A stretch of DNA of 62,430 bases, the filler included, from Choristocarpus tenellus KU-1152 (Eukaryota > Protista > Phaeophyceae), in the NCBI GenBank assembly GCA_964200185.2. It is 7 parts of 7 records of this genome, joined end to end, with 100 filler letters (N's around TTAATTAATTAA, not from the genome) between each part and the next. Parts side by side here need not be neighbours in the genome. Positions count along the whole stretch, not along the records: positions 1 to 12,289 come from CAXNAD020001889.1; 6 more parts are not named here. The stretch is one strand, 5' to 3'. Positions 1 to 12,389 of this stretch are shown in pieces. Within the stretch, counting starts at the first letter, position 1, and each line of letters starts with the position of its first letter. The translations under genes and the position numbers were made by a program. The notes below the pieces were generated by a model. The model was not told where the DNA came from, ran no database searches, and saw only the letters and a program-made list of their open reading frames with translations.

Positions 1-29
1 CCCCCCCCCCCCCCCAGATACTTTGACCC

Positions 30-1360
30 AAATCAGCCCTACCTGTCGAGCTAAATACAGCTCCATTCATCTTGCCTCCTCCGTTGACCAGACCCTGTTC
101 CCGCCCACGTTTGGACATGACCAGGAGCTCAATCCCGTATGCCATCGTGACCTTAAATGATCAGTCCTGCCACGCATTACTGAAGTTACACAGCGGGTGA
201 CTCCAAAAGTAGACAAGACTCTGTTCCAGCCCACGTCTGAGCATGACCAGAGCTCAATTCTGTATGCTATCACAACTGGGATGACCAACCCTGCCTTACT
301 TATCATAAAAGGTGACTCACAAAGGAGACTCGACCCTGTCTGTTCCAGCCCACGTTTGAGCATGACCATGAGCTCAATCCTGTATGCCGTCACTACTGGG
401 ATGACCAACCCTGCCATGCTTAAGATATGGAGTGTCTCGCAATGGAGACCAGACCCTGATCCTGCCCAAGTTTGGTCATAAACAGGAGGTCAATTCCATA
501 TGCTATCACTGCTTCCATCACTGCTGGAATGACTAACCCTGCCACGCGTTACATACATAAAAGGGGTGATTCACAAAGGAGACCAGACCCTTATCCTGCC
601 CACGTCTGAGCATGGCCAGGAGTTCAATTCCTTATGCCACCACTACTGCCATCACTACCGGGATGGCCAACCCTGCCATACGTAACATAAGGGGTGACTC
701 GAAAGGGATACCAGACCCTGTTCCTACCCAAGTTTGGGCATGACAAGGAGCTCAATCCCATATGCCATCACTACTACGATGACCAACCCTGCCATGCGTT
801 ACATAAGGAGTGACTCACAAAGTAGACCAGACCCTGTTCCAGTCCATGCTTGGGCATGGCCAGGAAATCAATTTCATATGCCATCACTACTGCCACCACT
901 TCTGTGATTATCTACCCTGCCATACGTACCACCAAGGGTATCCTTCATAAATCACCCTTTGTCTTGTGCTTGGCAGGGTTGGTAATCCCAGTAGTGATGG
1001 CGTACGGGATTGAGCTCCCTGGTCATGCTCAAACGTGGACAGAAACAGGGTCGGGTCTCCTTTGTGAGTCATCCCTTGTGTTTAGCGTGACAGGGATGGT
1101 CATCCCAGTAGTGATGGCATACAGGATTGAGCTCCTCATTATGACCAAACGTGAGCAGGAACAGGGTCTGGTCTCCTATATGGGTTACACCTTATGTCTG
1201 ATACGGCAGGGTTGGTTATCCCAGTAGTGATGGCAGCAGTGATGGAATACGGGATTGAGCTTCTGGCCATGCTCAAATGTGGAACAGAACAAATAGTGTC
1301 TGGTCAACAGAGGAGACATGGTGAGTGGTACCGTATTTTGCTCAACAGATGGGGTTGTTT
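30..1360. mobile_element. Foldback-like element: inverted arms built from ~120-bp tandem repeats
   Basis: Seven forward ~120-135-bp units (GACCAGACCCTGTTCC...GAGCTCAATCCCGTATGCCATCACTACTGGGATGACCAACCCTGCC; starts ~87, 209, 327, 447, 581, 709, 824) flip at ~945 into three inverted units. The unique outer flanks 30-90 and 1300-1360 are also inverted copies of each other. Confidence 0.7.
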
Positions 1361-2550
1361 TTATGTGGGATGCAACCTCAAAGATCAGTGGCTGCAGAGG
1401 AAACTACCCGAACTGAAGAGAGTTGAATGTCAAGGATGGCGATCCAATTCCCGATATCTTTGTACTTCGAAGTAGTACAGAGTATGATACCCCGGAGTGC
1501 AACAGTAGTATGAGCATGAAACTCCCCCCATCTCCTACCCATTTCGCCAACTTTCACAATCCCCTCTAAGGTCCTTCTTGGCACTGCCCGTGCATTTTCC
1601 TATGATAGGCCTCATAATAGAAATAAGTCGATCATTATTAAAGGCAGGTCATTGCAAAGGAAAAAAAGAAGGCATATCCTGCCTGGCACATAATGTGTAT
1701 AGATATTTAAGTTGGCACCTATGAATAAATACCGAAGTGGTTCACAAATAGATGCGAGAGTTCAAGGAAAGTCTACTGAACTCTGGGAGAGAAGGCCCCT
1801 TGCCACATTTTGTCAAGTCCCTGCTAGCCACCAGGACTTTGCGAGCAATATAAAACTCAACCCATATTAAGAACTATGTACAGTCGTTTTCCCATCGACC
1901 CTGACTCTCTAACCAAAATTCAACTTGATATTGGGCATTCCTCCCCATTTTTTCCACCTCAATTCCATCCCCGCTGAGAAGACAGGTAGTGCGCAGAAAG
2001 AGTTCAGATACCGTGCAGCTGATATCCAAGTGGTTGTGATTGTAGGAAATAGATGACTGTGAAGCATAGCATACACCGCCAACTGGTGGTGAAAAAGGGG
2101 AGTCTAGTTTTCTATAGACAGTTCAACCACAGGAACTGATCTATGATCGCTTGAAAGGACTCTACCCCACGTTTGGGCTTACAGCTCTGTGTTACTTGTT
2201 CAAGGAGTGAGCATAGGTCCTGTCGAGGATCACATGCGTTCCAAACATCAAATATTGCAAGCGCCTCAGCTATGTTAGGAAAACCCTCCATGCTGTGTCT
2301 ACAATACCCCCAGAGTCAAGCATGCTACCAAAGTAGCAAAACTGCTAGCTCGATAAAGAACAGCATACAATATCCAACCCAAATGTCAATCTTGTACTGC
2401 CGCCTAATCGCATTGCGCAATTGAGTATGCAACTTCATCTTCTTAACTGTTTGCATAGAAAGACAGGGGCATCCTCTAAAATGGAAGACAGTTGCTTCCA
2501 TGTTCTCTCGTTCTTACTAAACCCCAACAAATCCACCAAAACCTGGTCTT

Positions 2551-2767
2551 CATACCCTTCTACCCTGTGGCCAGAATGCCAGACATTACAGATTCCCCCC
2601 AGTTCTGCATGTACTGCAATGTTTGCTTCATCTCTGTGGTCACGTTCAACTCCTTGGTATTCATACCCTTCTACCCTGTGGCCAGAATATCAGACATTAC
2701 AGATTCCCCCCAGTTCTGCTTGTACTGCAATGTTTGCTTCATCTCTGTGGTCACGTTCAGCTCCTTG
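2551..2767. repeat. 111-bp direct tandem duplication inside the Gypsy pol remnant
   Basis: CATACCCTTCTACCCTGTGGCCAGAAT...TCACGTTCA(A/G)CTCCTTG occurs at 2551 and again at 2662. Confidence 0.95.
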
Positions 2768-3054
2768 CCTGCATTGAACCACAACCCCTTCAGTCGTTGC
2801 ACCATTGCTGCCCTGCCACGATGCCCATCTTCGCCCATGTGTGCACATACCATCGGGTGTGTCTGCAAATCCTTTGCCTCATCAGGTCTCCACAGTGGGG
2901 CTATTTCTCAGAGCACCCACCCGCATCATGCCATATCCTGGTCTTGATATACACGGCCAGCAGAGGTAATAAATTCTCCACTTGCGTGCACCGTCACACT
3001 TGCTAGGTCCTTGCTGGCCGCTAGTTGCGTCTCATGCACCACCGCCCACGATAA

Positions 3055-3312
3055 GAGTCAAAGTATCTTAGAGGGTAGATCCGCGTCCGTTTGGAGGCAT
3101 AAAAATTATGTTCCGGTTTTGACGTAATTTTGGCTATCGTGTTTCTTAGGAAGTGTCAATATCCTTATTCCGAACACGCCTTTTCATAACATATACATTT
3201 TACCTACTCCAAAACACTTCAGAGTAGGAAAATGTCATGAAAGACCTGTGGGAAGTCAAGCCCCAAACGGACAAACACGGCAAAACTCGTACTCTCTAAG
3301 GTACTTTCACTC
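3055..3312 (+). mobile_element. MITE family A (~258 bp, Sola2-like)
   Basis: TIRs GAGTCAAAGTATCTTAGAGGGTA / TACTCTCTAAGGTACTTTCACTC. Removing the element plus 4 bp restores the Gypsy frame DTLPSWAVVHETQ. Confidence 0.85.
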
Positions 3313-4278
3313 ATGGCAGGGTGTCCTCCCCCTGCACCTCCGTAGACATGGCTATGGCTCGCACCACCACCACCATAGGGACATCAGTCCACCCGAACAA
3401 CAAATCCCCCCAGCAGTTCCGCTCGTCAGCAATGTGCTGGATAGTGTAGTCGTACTGTCCCAGGAGCATGTCCCAATGCAAAATACGCTGAACAGTTGCC
3501 TTGGACAGATCTGTGACACACAGGGATGAGTGAAAGATATATGCTAGATTGCGATGGTCATAAAATATATGGGCCACCTACCAGAGCACCCACTCCTGGC
3601 GCTGGTAAGTCGCCACAGCCTTATTCACCGTGTCCTAACGTACCTGTGATCTCCAGAAAGAACCACTCAGGAATCCCAGCGGCTCATGGCTCATATCTTC
3701 CTCTGCCACACCTCCATTTAGCTCCACCCAAGGGACCTGTGTAACAAACACCCCAGTGCTTGTCAGAGGCGTGTGGAGACATCAGTACAGCACACTCCTC
3801 CCTGGGATGTGAGAGCTCCACTGCCTGTGAGACCATTTTCACCACACTGAAATCCGTCACCTGGCGGTAGCCCTGCCGCTCAGGCTTGGGCAATGATGGG
3901 CTGCTCCACACAGCCTGCGGGGTCTGCCTCAGCATCCCCAGTACGATTAGCAGGCCCATAAATCTACCGTCCAGCTCTGATGCTCTGGATAGTATGCCCT
4001 GAGTCTGGCCGTCACAGGAGTCGCCCGCTCCTTCAGTACCACCCGCATGGGCTCCACCTTGGCAGGCGGGTCAAGCTCCAAGGATACCCGGAACACATTG
4101 GTACGGGTGGGTTGGTATCACTTGTTGTAGGCGCCCCCAGGCACCCCCAGGTACCCAATGGCATCCCAGCCCTTTGAGCCTCTTGTAAGGAGGTTTCTAA
4201 GGTCAAGCCCCTTTTTTTTTCCTCCTCTGCAGGCTCCATAATGAGCTCAGGGCCTTGCTCCAGTAGTGTAGAGACGGA

Positions 4279-4537
4279 GAGCCAAAGTATCTTAGAGGGT
4301 AGATCCGCGTCCATTTGGGGTCAAAATCCAACGGTGCAATTTTGATGTAATTTTGGCTATCGTGTTTTTTGTTAGGAAGTGTCAATATCTATGTTTCAGA
4401 CACACCTTCATAACGTATACACTTTATCTACTCCTAAACATTTTGGAGTAGGAAAATGTCATAAAAAAAGTCATGGGAAGTCAAGCCCCAAAAAGACAAA
4501 AAGGGCAATATTCGTACCCTCTAAGATACTTTCACTC
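4279..4537 (+). mobile_element. MITE family A
   Basis: Same TIRs and internal sequence; 4-bp flanks CGGA/TGGA. Confidence 0.85.
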
Positions 4538-4623
4538 TGGAGTCATCGCCTCTGTCCAGATGAGCAGTACCCATGCTCTCTTGCATCACCTTCATGCTAA
4601 CAACACTCACACGTCACGTAGAA

Positions 4624-4882
4624 GGGTCAAATTATTTTAGAGGGTAGAGCCGCGTCCATTTGGAGGCCAAAATCCAATGTTGCAATTTTGATGAAATTTT
4701 GGTTATCACGTTTGTTAGGAGATGTCAATATCCTTGTTCTGGACACATCTTTTCATACGGTATACATTTTACATACTCCGAAACAGTTTGGAGTAGGTAA
4801 AATGTCAATAAAAACCCCTAGGAAGCCAAGCCCCATAAGGACAAACAGGGAAAAACTAGTACCCTCTAAGATGCTTTCACTC
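4624..4882 (+). mobile_element. MITE family A
   Basis: Same family; perfect 4-bp TSD AGAA/AGAA. Confidence 0.9.
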
Positions 4883-7800
4883 AGAAGTAATATCTTGTTC
4901 CAGATCTGCGATGTGCGGTTTGGTCTTCCCTCAGGCCGCCTCCTCGAAGGATTGCTTCATGTCAAAGCCTAACATGTTCCGCAATGTCTTTCTGCCCACA
5001 ATTAACACATCATCACTGCAATAACTGCCAAGACAAGATTTCTCACCACCACGGGCCCGTTGCCTGAGTGGAGTGCCATATTTAAGGGGCATGCTACATT
5101 CTTGATGGTCTCAGAGAAGCCATTTGCGATCTTCACCGGGAAGGGCTGGTGGATGGGGTTCGTCAGCACTGCTCCACCAAAATGCTGCTGCATTTCTTCG
5201 CCAGACTCTCAGATATTCCTGTGATCCCTGACCCTGGGTCCATCAAGGCCTTCATACCGAAAGGAAGCTTCCCATGCGTGTTGACCCCCACTGGTATTAC
5301 ATCTGCTGTACCATGGTACCTCAACCTCTCCACACCCACCCCTTCCGTAGCCAGGGACGCATTCTCATGAGTCCCCTGGATTTTTCGCAGGGCAGTATGG
5401 CCTACATAAGGATTAATGTTGGGATCCAGTCTTGGTGATAGCAGAGGCATCCCATGATCCACATGAACAGAAACCATCTCATTGACCCTCACTGCCCTGC
5501 CACTCGTGCTCCCACCACCAGTGCCTTGCCAGAACACGGTAGCAGGCTGGGGAGCTAGCCCCTGCTGACTCCTTGTGCCTTGAGCTGCACCCAGACGGTT
5601 TGTTCCTCCTCCTACACCTGAGGGTTGGTGTCTGGCACCCCTGGGGTGTTGTCTTTGCCCTGACCCAGATCCTCTCCCAGGATCTGTATTTGCACCATGT
5701 TGCTGTGGGTGCCCCTCCCCTGCTGCTGATGTTGCTGCTCCTTCCGAACTCCTATCAGCAAGCTCCAGCATTGAGCATGTTTGTGCCCAACGTTCCCACA
5801 TGCATCACAAGTCCCTTTGAACTTGTCCTTCCTCACACTCAATCCTCAATTAGGTGTGCCTCCCCCTGGCTTGCCTATCTGCTCCCCAAACTTTGGCTTC
5901 CCCTCTTGGTGTTTGCCACCAGGTTCACTTTGCTTGGTTTGTTTCTTTTCGTATGACTGGACCCTCTCATAAGTCCTCCATTTTTCAGCTTGCTCCTTTA
6001 CCAGCTCAAAGATCTGGTCTGGATCCTTTTTGAGCTCAGGGTCCCATGCTACATGCTGCCTTAAACGTGGGGGTTTGAGCCCTGCAATAAAGGCCTTCAA
6101 GGGTGCCTTTCCCAGCCCTACCTTCCAAGCCTCCCCTACTTGTCTTGCATTCCAGTGGAAAGCGCCATCCAGATTGTTATCTTCAAGATAGCCCTTGATG
6201 TCCTGGATCACTCCCATGACTCGATCAGCGGCGGACCCTTCATTTCCCATCCGGGCCACCCTCTGCAAGTCCCCTTGGATTTGCCCAATGTCGAAGGTTC
6301 GGTCTTCACCATTGACTTGCGCCACCTTCTTGAGCGCTGTTAGGAGTTGCTCCTCTGTTGCTGAACTTGTAGTACGAGGCCAGGGGCACCAGAAACTGTA
6401 ATCAGACTGGATCACGGACCAATTGAGACTCTAACTGGATTGAGTTGCAGACGCTCATCAATTATCAGCTTAATTCTTACCTCAACGCAAGAGCATGTGT
6501 GAATGTATGGAATGGCAAAAAGGCTGGGATACAAGCAGGCATAGCTAGGTTGTCTTTGCTTACGGTGGTGGTGCAGGGAGGGATGCCTCATTGTGTGTTG
6601 GCTGTACCCTTGCCCTATGTTTACATCTATCATTTGTCAAGTCCTTCTTTGTGTTTAAGGGATACGGTGTTGGTACCAGGAGCGAAATATACGTTCCTTG
6701 CATTAAATACATGGTTTTTGTACCCCACTTTCAGTATATAATAACTACACAACATTCCACGTCTAGAAATTTTGCGCATGAAGCAACCACCATGTGCTCG
6801 CATCATCTCCTACAAGGAATACAAAGTGTTCATGCGTGGAAAGGCAAAGCACCCTGGTCTGACCTAGTGATAGACACCGCTTCACATTATGTTCTAACGA
6901 GAGGTGGCCTGCGACCCAGTCTGACTGAAATCTCTGATGACCCCCTGGACCAGCTACACTAAGCAGCATATTTAACTGAGGTTGGCCTACGGTGTAGTCT
7001 GGTAAATCTGTGATGTGGCTGGACTGGTCCAGTTCAAACATGCCACCTGGACCGGTCCCCAGGTCTGTCCTGTTGCGTTAAACCGGTTGGTTGAAATGCT
7101 CTCTGACATCTGTTTAAATGGATTATTCAAGAGGCGGGATTGAGTTTCAATACCTCATTTCAAAATTGGAACAAAACCTTGAAGGTGTTCCAAGTTCCAA
7201 GGGTTCTTTGTTATTGGAACGTTTCATTGAATCTTTGTCTTGACATGTATGGAATAATACATTGTTGACTGTTGAATTTTTTTGAGAACATTTTGTGAGG
7301 GCTTTTCACCATACCAGGTAGATTTGACTGGACTGGGTTGCAGACTGCCTTGGGTATTTAAGGACCGATCATAGGCTGTTAGAGACCTCAACCAGACAAG
7401 TTGTGGACCAGCTCGGATGATTTATGTTTCAACACAGGGCTGAGGACCGTAAAAAAAAAAAACGGACCAGGTGGCAAGCAGAACCCTCCAGTGTAATAAT
7501 GATATCATTAACGTATCATTACTTTCTATTCCTGCTATTATTACCGTTTTTATTGGTATTACTAATTACAATTACTATTGTTCGTACTATTCTCTAGTGT
7601 TCTTCACCTTCACTATAATGTGGGGATCGCCTAATTATGATGATGAAAACAAAACTAGAGATTGTAGGATCACATCCTTCATGGAGTCGGGTACGTTGTC
7701 TCTATAGAGTCACAAAGCCTAGTCCCACTAATTGTAGTGCCTCTCTGTGCGTGCCTTGGTTTATTCGTGTTAGGTTCAGCATTGCCACTCTCAGCACTCC

Positions 7801-8102
7801 ACCCCCTCGAATCTTCGACTTGATTCACCAAGATACTGACACGTTGATTATAATATGGCTTTTTTATGGTGCAACGACAGGCAAGATAGTGTTGGTGCAC
7901 AATTCATTACGCTTGCATGAAATTGCTGTGTAGAATTGCACAATCGAAACCAGATTTCTGTGAAAAGAAGTCTAGCATTGATAGAGTTCAAACCCTCGAA
8001 CTTCATGCAAGGAACCTCATAAACTGAGTAACGAGACCACCCTTAATATTAGAATAGTGGAGTTGGAGATAGGTTTAGGGGTCCCAGACCTGTGGTTGAA
8101 AA

Positions 8103-8333
8103 GAGTCAAAGTATCTTAGAGGGTAGAGCCGCATCCATTTGGGGGCCAAAATCCAATGTTGCGATTTTGATNNNNNNNNATATCCTTGTTCCGGACACAC
8201 CTTTTCATAACGTATACATTTGATCTGCTCCGAAACATTTTGGAGTAGGAAAATGTCATACAAAAACTCGTGGGAAGTCAAGCCCCAAACGGACAAACAG
8301 GGCAAAACTCGTACCTCTAAGATACTTTCACTC
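8103..8333 (+). mobile_element. MITE family A (spans a small N gap)
   Basis: Both TIRs present; internal gap at 8172-8179; no matching TSD. Confidence 0.8.
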
Positions 8334-10028
8334 ACTGGTCGAAGACTGTTGAATTATGTCACCAGAGCTGGCTGCGGTCTTTTGCACTATTGGACAAAAA
8401 GGACACGCACTTTGCCCTATCAGTCGTGCAATGTACGCAACTGAAGGATTTTGAAAAACTGTTTATTCCCACTTCCCACGTGATTTTGCTACAGTTTGGG
8501 GGGTGATCTGCATATTATGACCTGTTCAGCCCAATCCAATTTGGCCGTGCCTGTGCGGTTAACATGCCATTTAATCGAGGGCTGTTAGAGATTCAAACCA
8601 GACCAGGTTGTGGGCTGACCCTAGGAAAACAGTTCCTCAAGAGGTCCCGTGTAGGGCAGTCAGAGTTTTCAATCAACCAGATCAGGCAGTGTGTTGGTCT
8701 CAGTAGCGTGTTCCAAAAGGGGCAGTCCAAGCCAGTCAGAGTGTACTGGGTGTGGCAACATTATTCCAGCGGCCGCTCCAGTCCAGTTGACTACTAGTTT
8801 GGTTGAAAGGCCTGCAATTAGCAGTTTGAAATGCTTTGACAAGTAGGACATATTATTTTCTCAATTTTGGATCTTTGGACCCCATTTTACTTCAAGGAGT
8901 GGTTCAAAGGAGGTATGCACCACTATGCATGAACCAGAAGGGGTACATGCGTGGCTCACATATTGTTTTGATGACACCTTTTCCTTTGCCAACAGATATT
9001 TTGTCATTTCGGACTTTTCTCGTAGAATCAAAGTTCTCTTGTAGAATTTGACAGGAGAGTGGCAATAAAAAAATCGTATTTTTTTCTAGTTGAGATGGAC
9101 TTAAATGCCCTACAAAATGGCAATAGATTGACAATCTCACTCTACGGTTTCCAAAAACTCACTCTGGGTTAATACTTTCTTTGCTAGGAAGATTGTGGTG
9201 TAGGGGGCATTGAAGGACAAATGGTGTTCCATTTGGTATATGTAACGTATGATCACTATATTGGCTTTTTCTTGGTCAAAGGGTTAGGGTTAGGGTTAAC
9301 ATGTAGGTGGCTAGAATAGCAAGGGGTGTCTATATATCTAATGACACATTCCTTCCGCTCTACTTTTAGAGCTTGTTCCCTAGGCAGTAGTATGTATACA
9401 CAGCAGGAGTGTTTACCCTCACTCTCAAAGCTTCATTGTTAGTTTCATGAAGTCTCAGGGAAGAATGTGTAGGTAGGTTCCTACTATAGCTCTGCTGTTA
9501 CCTAGTACTAACAGTCCCACCTACACTCGGAAGTACTTTGTAGCAATATGTTTTATACACTGTGCAGATGCAACTCTCTAAAAATTTGTATGAGGGCGTG
9601 ACTTAAGAGGGCTGATGCTGTAAGGAACATTGCTACATTACTATAGCAGTGTTTTTCCTAATTTTTCCAAAAGTAATACTTCTCATCTAATGCAATTCGA
9701 ATTTGAGTCAGTACCCAAATCTAGGAGTTCACACGCGGTTCAATGGTGGAACTAAACCTCCACATAGACGTATTTGACCCACTGAGGCTGGGTGCTTGAC
9801 CACAAATTAAATCCTCTCCAAACAAACTGTTGCATTCTGGATGACCCTAACAAAACACACAATCAACAAAGGCAACACTTGTGATGTAATCATCTCTGTG
9901 ATGCAGACTTTGTGGTGTTAAACCTGGTGGATGTAGCTGGGAGGATTGGGAAGATGGAAAAGGCTTAAGATGTTAACAGTAAAAAGAATATCAGCAACCA
10001 AAGTATGTAACTGCCATGTATAGTACTA

Positions 10029-11981
10029 CTACTGGCCTCCTCCCCTCTCCTCTTCATCCTCATCATTGTCTGACATCTCCTCAAGTGCAGCCCTATCTAC
10101 ACTTTGACCAAGTGTCTCAGCCAACATGGTGACAATCTGCCTGCGACCGACCTAGCCGTCAGGGGTTGGTGGTGAACAGCAGCAAGTAAGGGCAAGTTCG
10201 TTATTGACTGCCAAGGCTTCTTGTACAAGAGATCCCATAGGGGTATGCAAGGTTCGCCACAGATTATCTTTGATGTACCCAACGATCATTGAAGAATGCT
10301 TCCCAACTCACTTGCGATTCCTCCTCCGTTCTGAATCTATCCATCCACCACAGGCACAAGTATTGCACAGTTGCTCATTAACCTGCACTATCCTGCCTGC
10401 CAATGTCCTTATCCACTGATCCACCAACCAAAAACTAACTTTACAGCAGACAAACATCCTCAAAGGTCTCTCTCAATCCATTTCTACTGCGTGTATCAAT
10501 CTCTGCTCCATACTTCAAGTACACGTCAGCAGACCTTTATGGGTGTAATGCAGGGCTAAGTTGCTGTCACTTCTTCAACACACAAACTCACCTCCAAATA
10601 TGCACGCGCCCCCATTGTGTAGCAGGCCATGTTAACGTCATCTTCTCCTGCTGAAGGGCACACAATTGTCTTCTTCTGGAGATAGTGCTGCTTCACAAAA
10701 TTCTGTCAATAATAAAAGATTTCCCCGACAGGTGGTCATATGCAGTATATGAGAGAAGGGGCTTTGGGTGATTACTGTCACAACCTCAATTGGCAAGGAG
10801 GGTTTAAGTGTGTAAGTAGTACGGACTTTAACATCTAGAAGGCACTTAAATGAACACAAGGGCTGTGGAAGAGGGTAATATCTATATGTGGGTATGGAAT
10901 ACTACTTTTTGATTTAGGTACACATCAGCTAGGTGGGGGGTGTTTTTCCAAACTCACACCTGCCTGAATGGAAGAAAATTCTGTGATTACTGTAGTGTAA
11001 GGAGCATGATTGCAAAGGAAGAAATCACTCTATTGCACTGATGTGTAGTGTCCACTTTGGAGGAGCTCATGAAAGAGATCTTTATAATCTACCACTGCGA
11101 AAACTTTGACAGCGAGAGGCTTTGGTGAGAGGAAACTTCATGTCCATGACATGGCAGCTCACCGCAATTTGCTCATGGACATCACCCAGACCATCAACCA
11201 CTGCATCTGTCTTAGCCTTCTTTGCAGTCTTACCACCCTTCTTTTCCACATGATCAGGGATCTGCCAGGTGTCCGCACATGTGACTAGTGGGTTGTCATG
11301 AGGGTGGGGGTAGGCTGCAGGCATCACATTCGCAAATCAATCGTCTTGGATATGATATAATTGCCTGTGCTTCATCCTAAGACGTCCTCTCCAACCTTTG
11401 TTCAGAGTTTTATTTAACCCATTTCCTGTCATAATAGTATCTATGATGGTGTTCTGGAATGCCATGCACTTATAGTTGGAATGGAATGGAGGGTTTATAC
11501 CACCTTCAAAAACAAACAACAATTCTGACCAGAATCCCTTCTGAATTGATCAAAGGACAGGTTCCCTGGTCTTGCCTAGTTTTGTCACTTTTAATGAGTC
11601 CTACATAGTCGGTCGGTCAAGACACTAAACACCTACCATCTGGAACAGTGCAGACAAAGTACCATAGCCTCCAGTTCCCTCACTCCCAAAGCAACATAAT
11701 AATCCCCACCTTCATCGTTCTTATGCCAGGGATAACTATAACCAATCCCCATCTCACTCAAGCCGCTACCTCTGCATCCCTCCCCCTTTACTCCTGAAAT
11801 GTTTCCCACAGCTCCAGGACCTCACCCGCTTATCAAGTTCATTGAGACGCTTGAAGAGTACATCCTCTGGAATCTGTCTGTCTTTGTTGCAGTAGATGAG
11901 GGCCAGTATCACCATCAGCAGACCACGAGCTGCCCGGTTAGGTCCATTATGCAATTCAATGGAATGCTCAGGGTTTTCCTG
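10029..11981 (-). CDS. NSE3: NSE3/MAGE-domain protein (SMC5/6 subunit), 3' four exons; 5' end lost at the contig gap
   Basis: Phase-0 GT-AG exons 11981-11826, 11261-11163, 10702-10592 and 10151-10029 splice in frame to ...ARGLLMVILALIYCN..QIPEDVLFKRLNELD...NFVKQHYLQKK...YTMGARAYLEVGRRQIVTMLAETLG...EEERGGGQ*. This matches the MAGE motifs GLLxxIL, FVxxxYL and GxRAxxE. Confidence 0.88.
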
Positions 11982-12289
11982 CTGCGTAAGAGTGTTAGGA
12001 GGGCAGGCAGGGTGGTGACAACACTCCAATTTAGGGTTAGGGTTAGGGTTTGATCTCATGCACACAAGGGATGGAGAAGGATAGGAGAGGTTATGGGTGG
12101 GTGGAATACCTACCTAAAAGTAGTGATGGGACCACTTACAATCTCTTGTGTCCACTCCAGACAGAACCACTGTGCAGGAGGCATGAGGGTGGCGGGGTAT
12201 TGAAATATTTTCATATTTTCTTCCTGGAGAGAGTTGTTGGGGGAGGGGGCCGGTGGCCTGAACGGAAAGCACAGTGAACATACCTACAG

Positions 12290-12389
12290 NNNNNNNNNNN
12301 NNNNNNNNNNNNNNNNNNNNNNNNNNNNNNNNNTTAATTAATTAANNNNNNNNNNNNNNNNNNNNNNNNNNNNNNNNNNNNNNNNNNNN
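12290..12389. other. Artificial contig spacer (N run + TTAATTAATTAA + N run)
   Basis: Identical 100-nt spacers also lie at 16784-16883, 31070-31169, 38688-38787, 45875-45974 and 53936-54035. Confidence 0.97.

Larger units (their letters stand above)
2310..6450 (-). mobile_element. Degenerate Ty3/Gypsy (chromovirus) LTR retrotransposon internal region
   Basis: Domains in Gypsy order on the minus strand: gag-like ORF 5846-6415; CCHC knuckle CDACGNVGHKHAQC (~5750-5815); aspartic protease ALMDPGSGITGIS (~5200-5250); RT remnant PQAVWSSP...YRQVTDF (~3830-3920); RNase H DHRNLAYIF...IQHIADERNCWGDLL (3400-3570); integrase Zn-binding CAHMGEDGHRG (~2820-2850); chromodomain VLVDLLGFSKNERTW...EDAP (~2465-2545); G-rich PPT-like tract at ~2310. 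Many stops and frameshifts. Confidence 0.9.

Noticed and set aside
85-1310. CRISPR-like array, or repeat-encoded proteins (ORFs 67-417, 197-481, 850-1227)
   Set aside because: Units are wholly repeated with no unique spacers, there are no cas genes and the context is eukaryotic. The ORFs are by-products of the repeat.
1360-2305. 3' LTR of the Gypsy element paired with a 5' LTR near 6450-6760
   Set aside because: A PPT-like tract and TG start exist at ~2303, but I see no matching sequence upstream of gag, so no LTR pair is supported.
12334-12345. Recurring palindrome TTAATTAATTAA as a biological motif
   Set aside because: Always centred in a 100-nt N block; it is an assembly linker with stops in all six frames.
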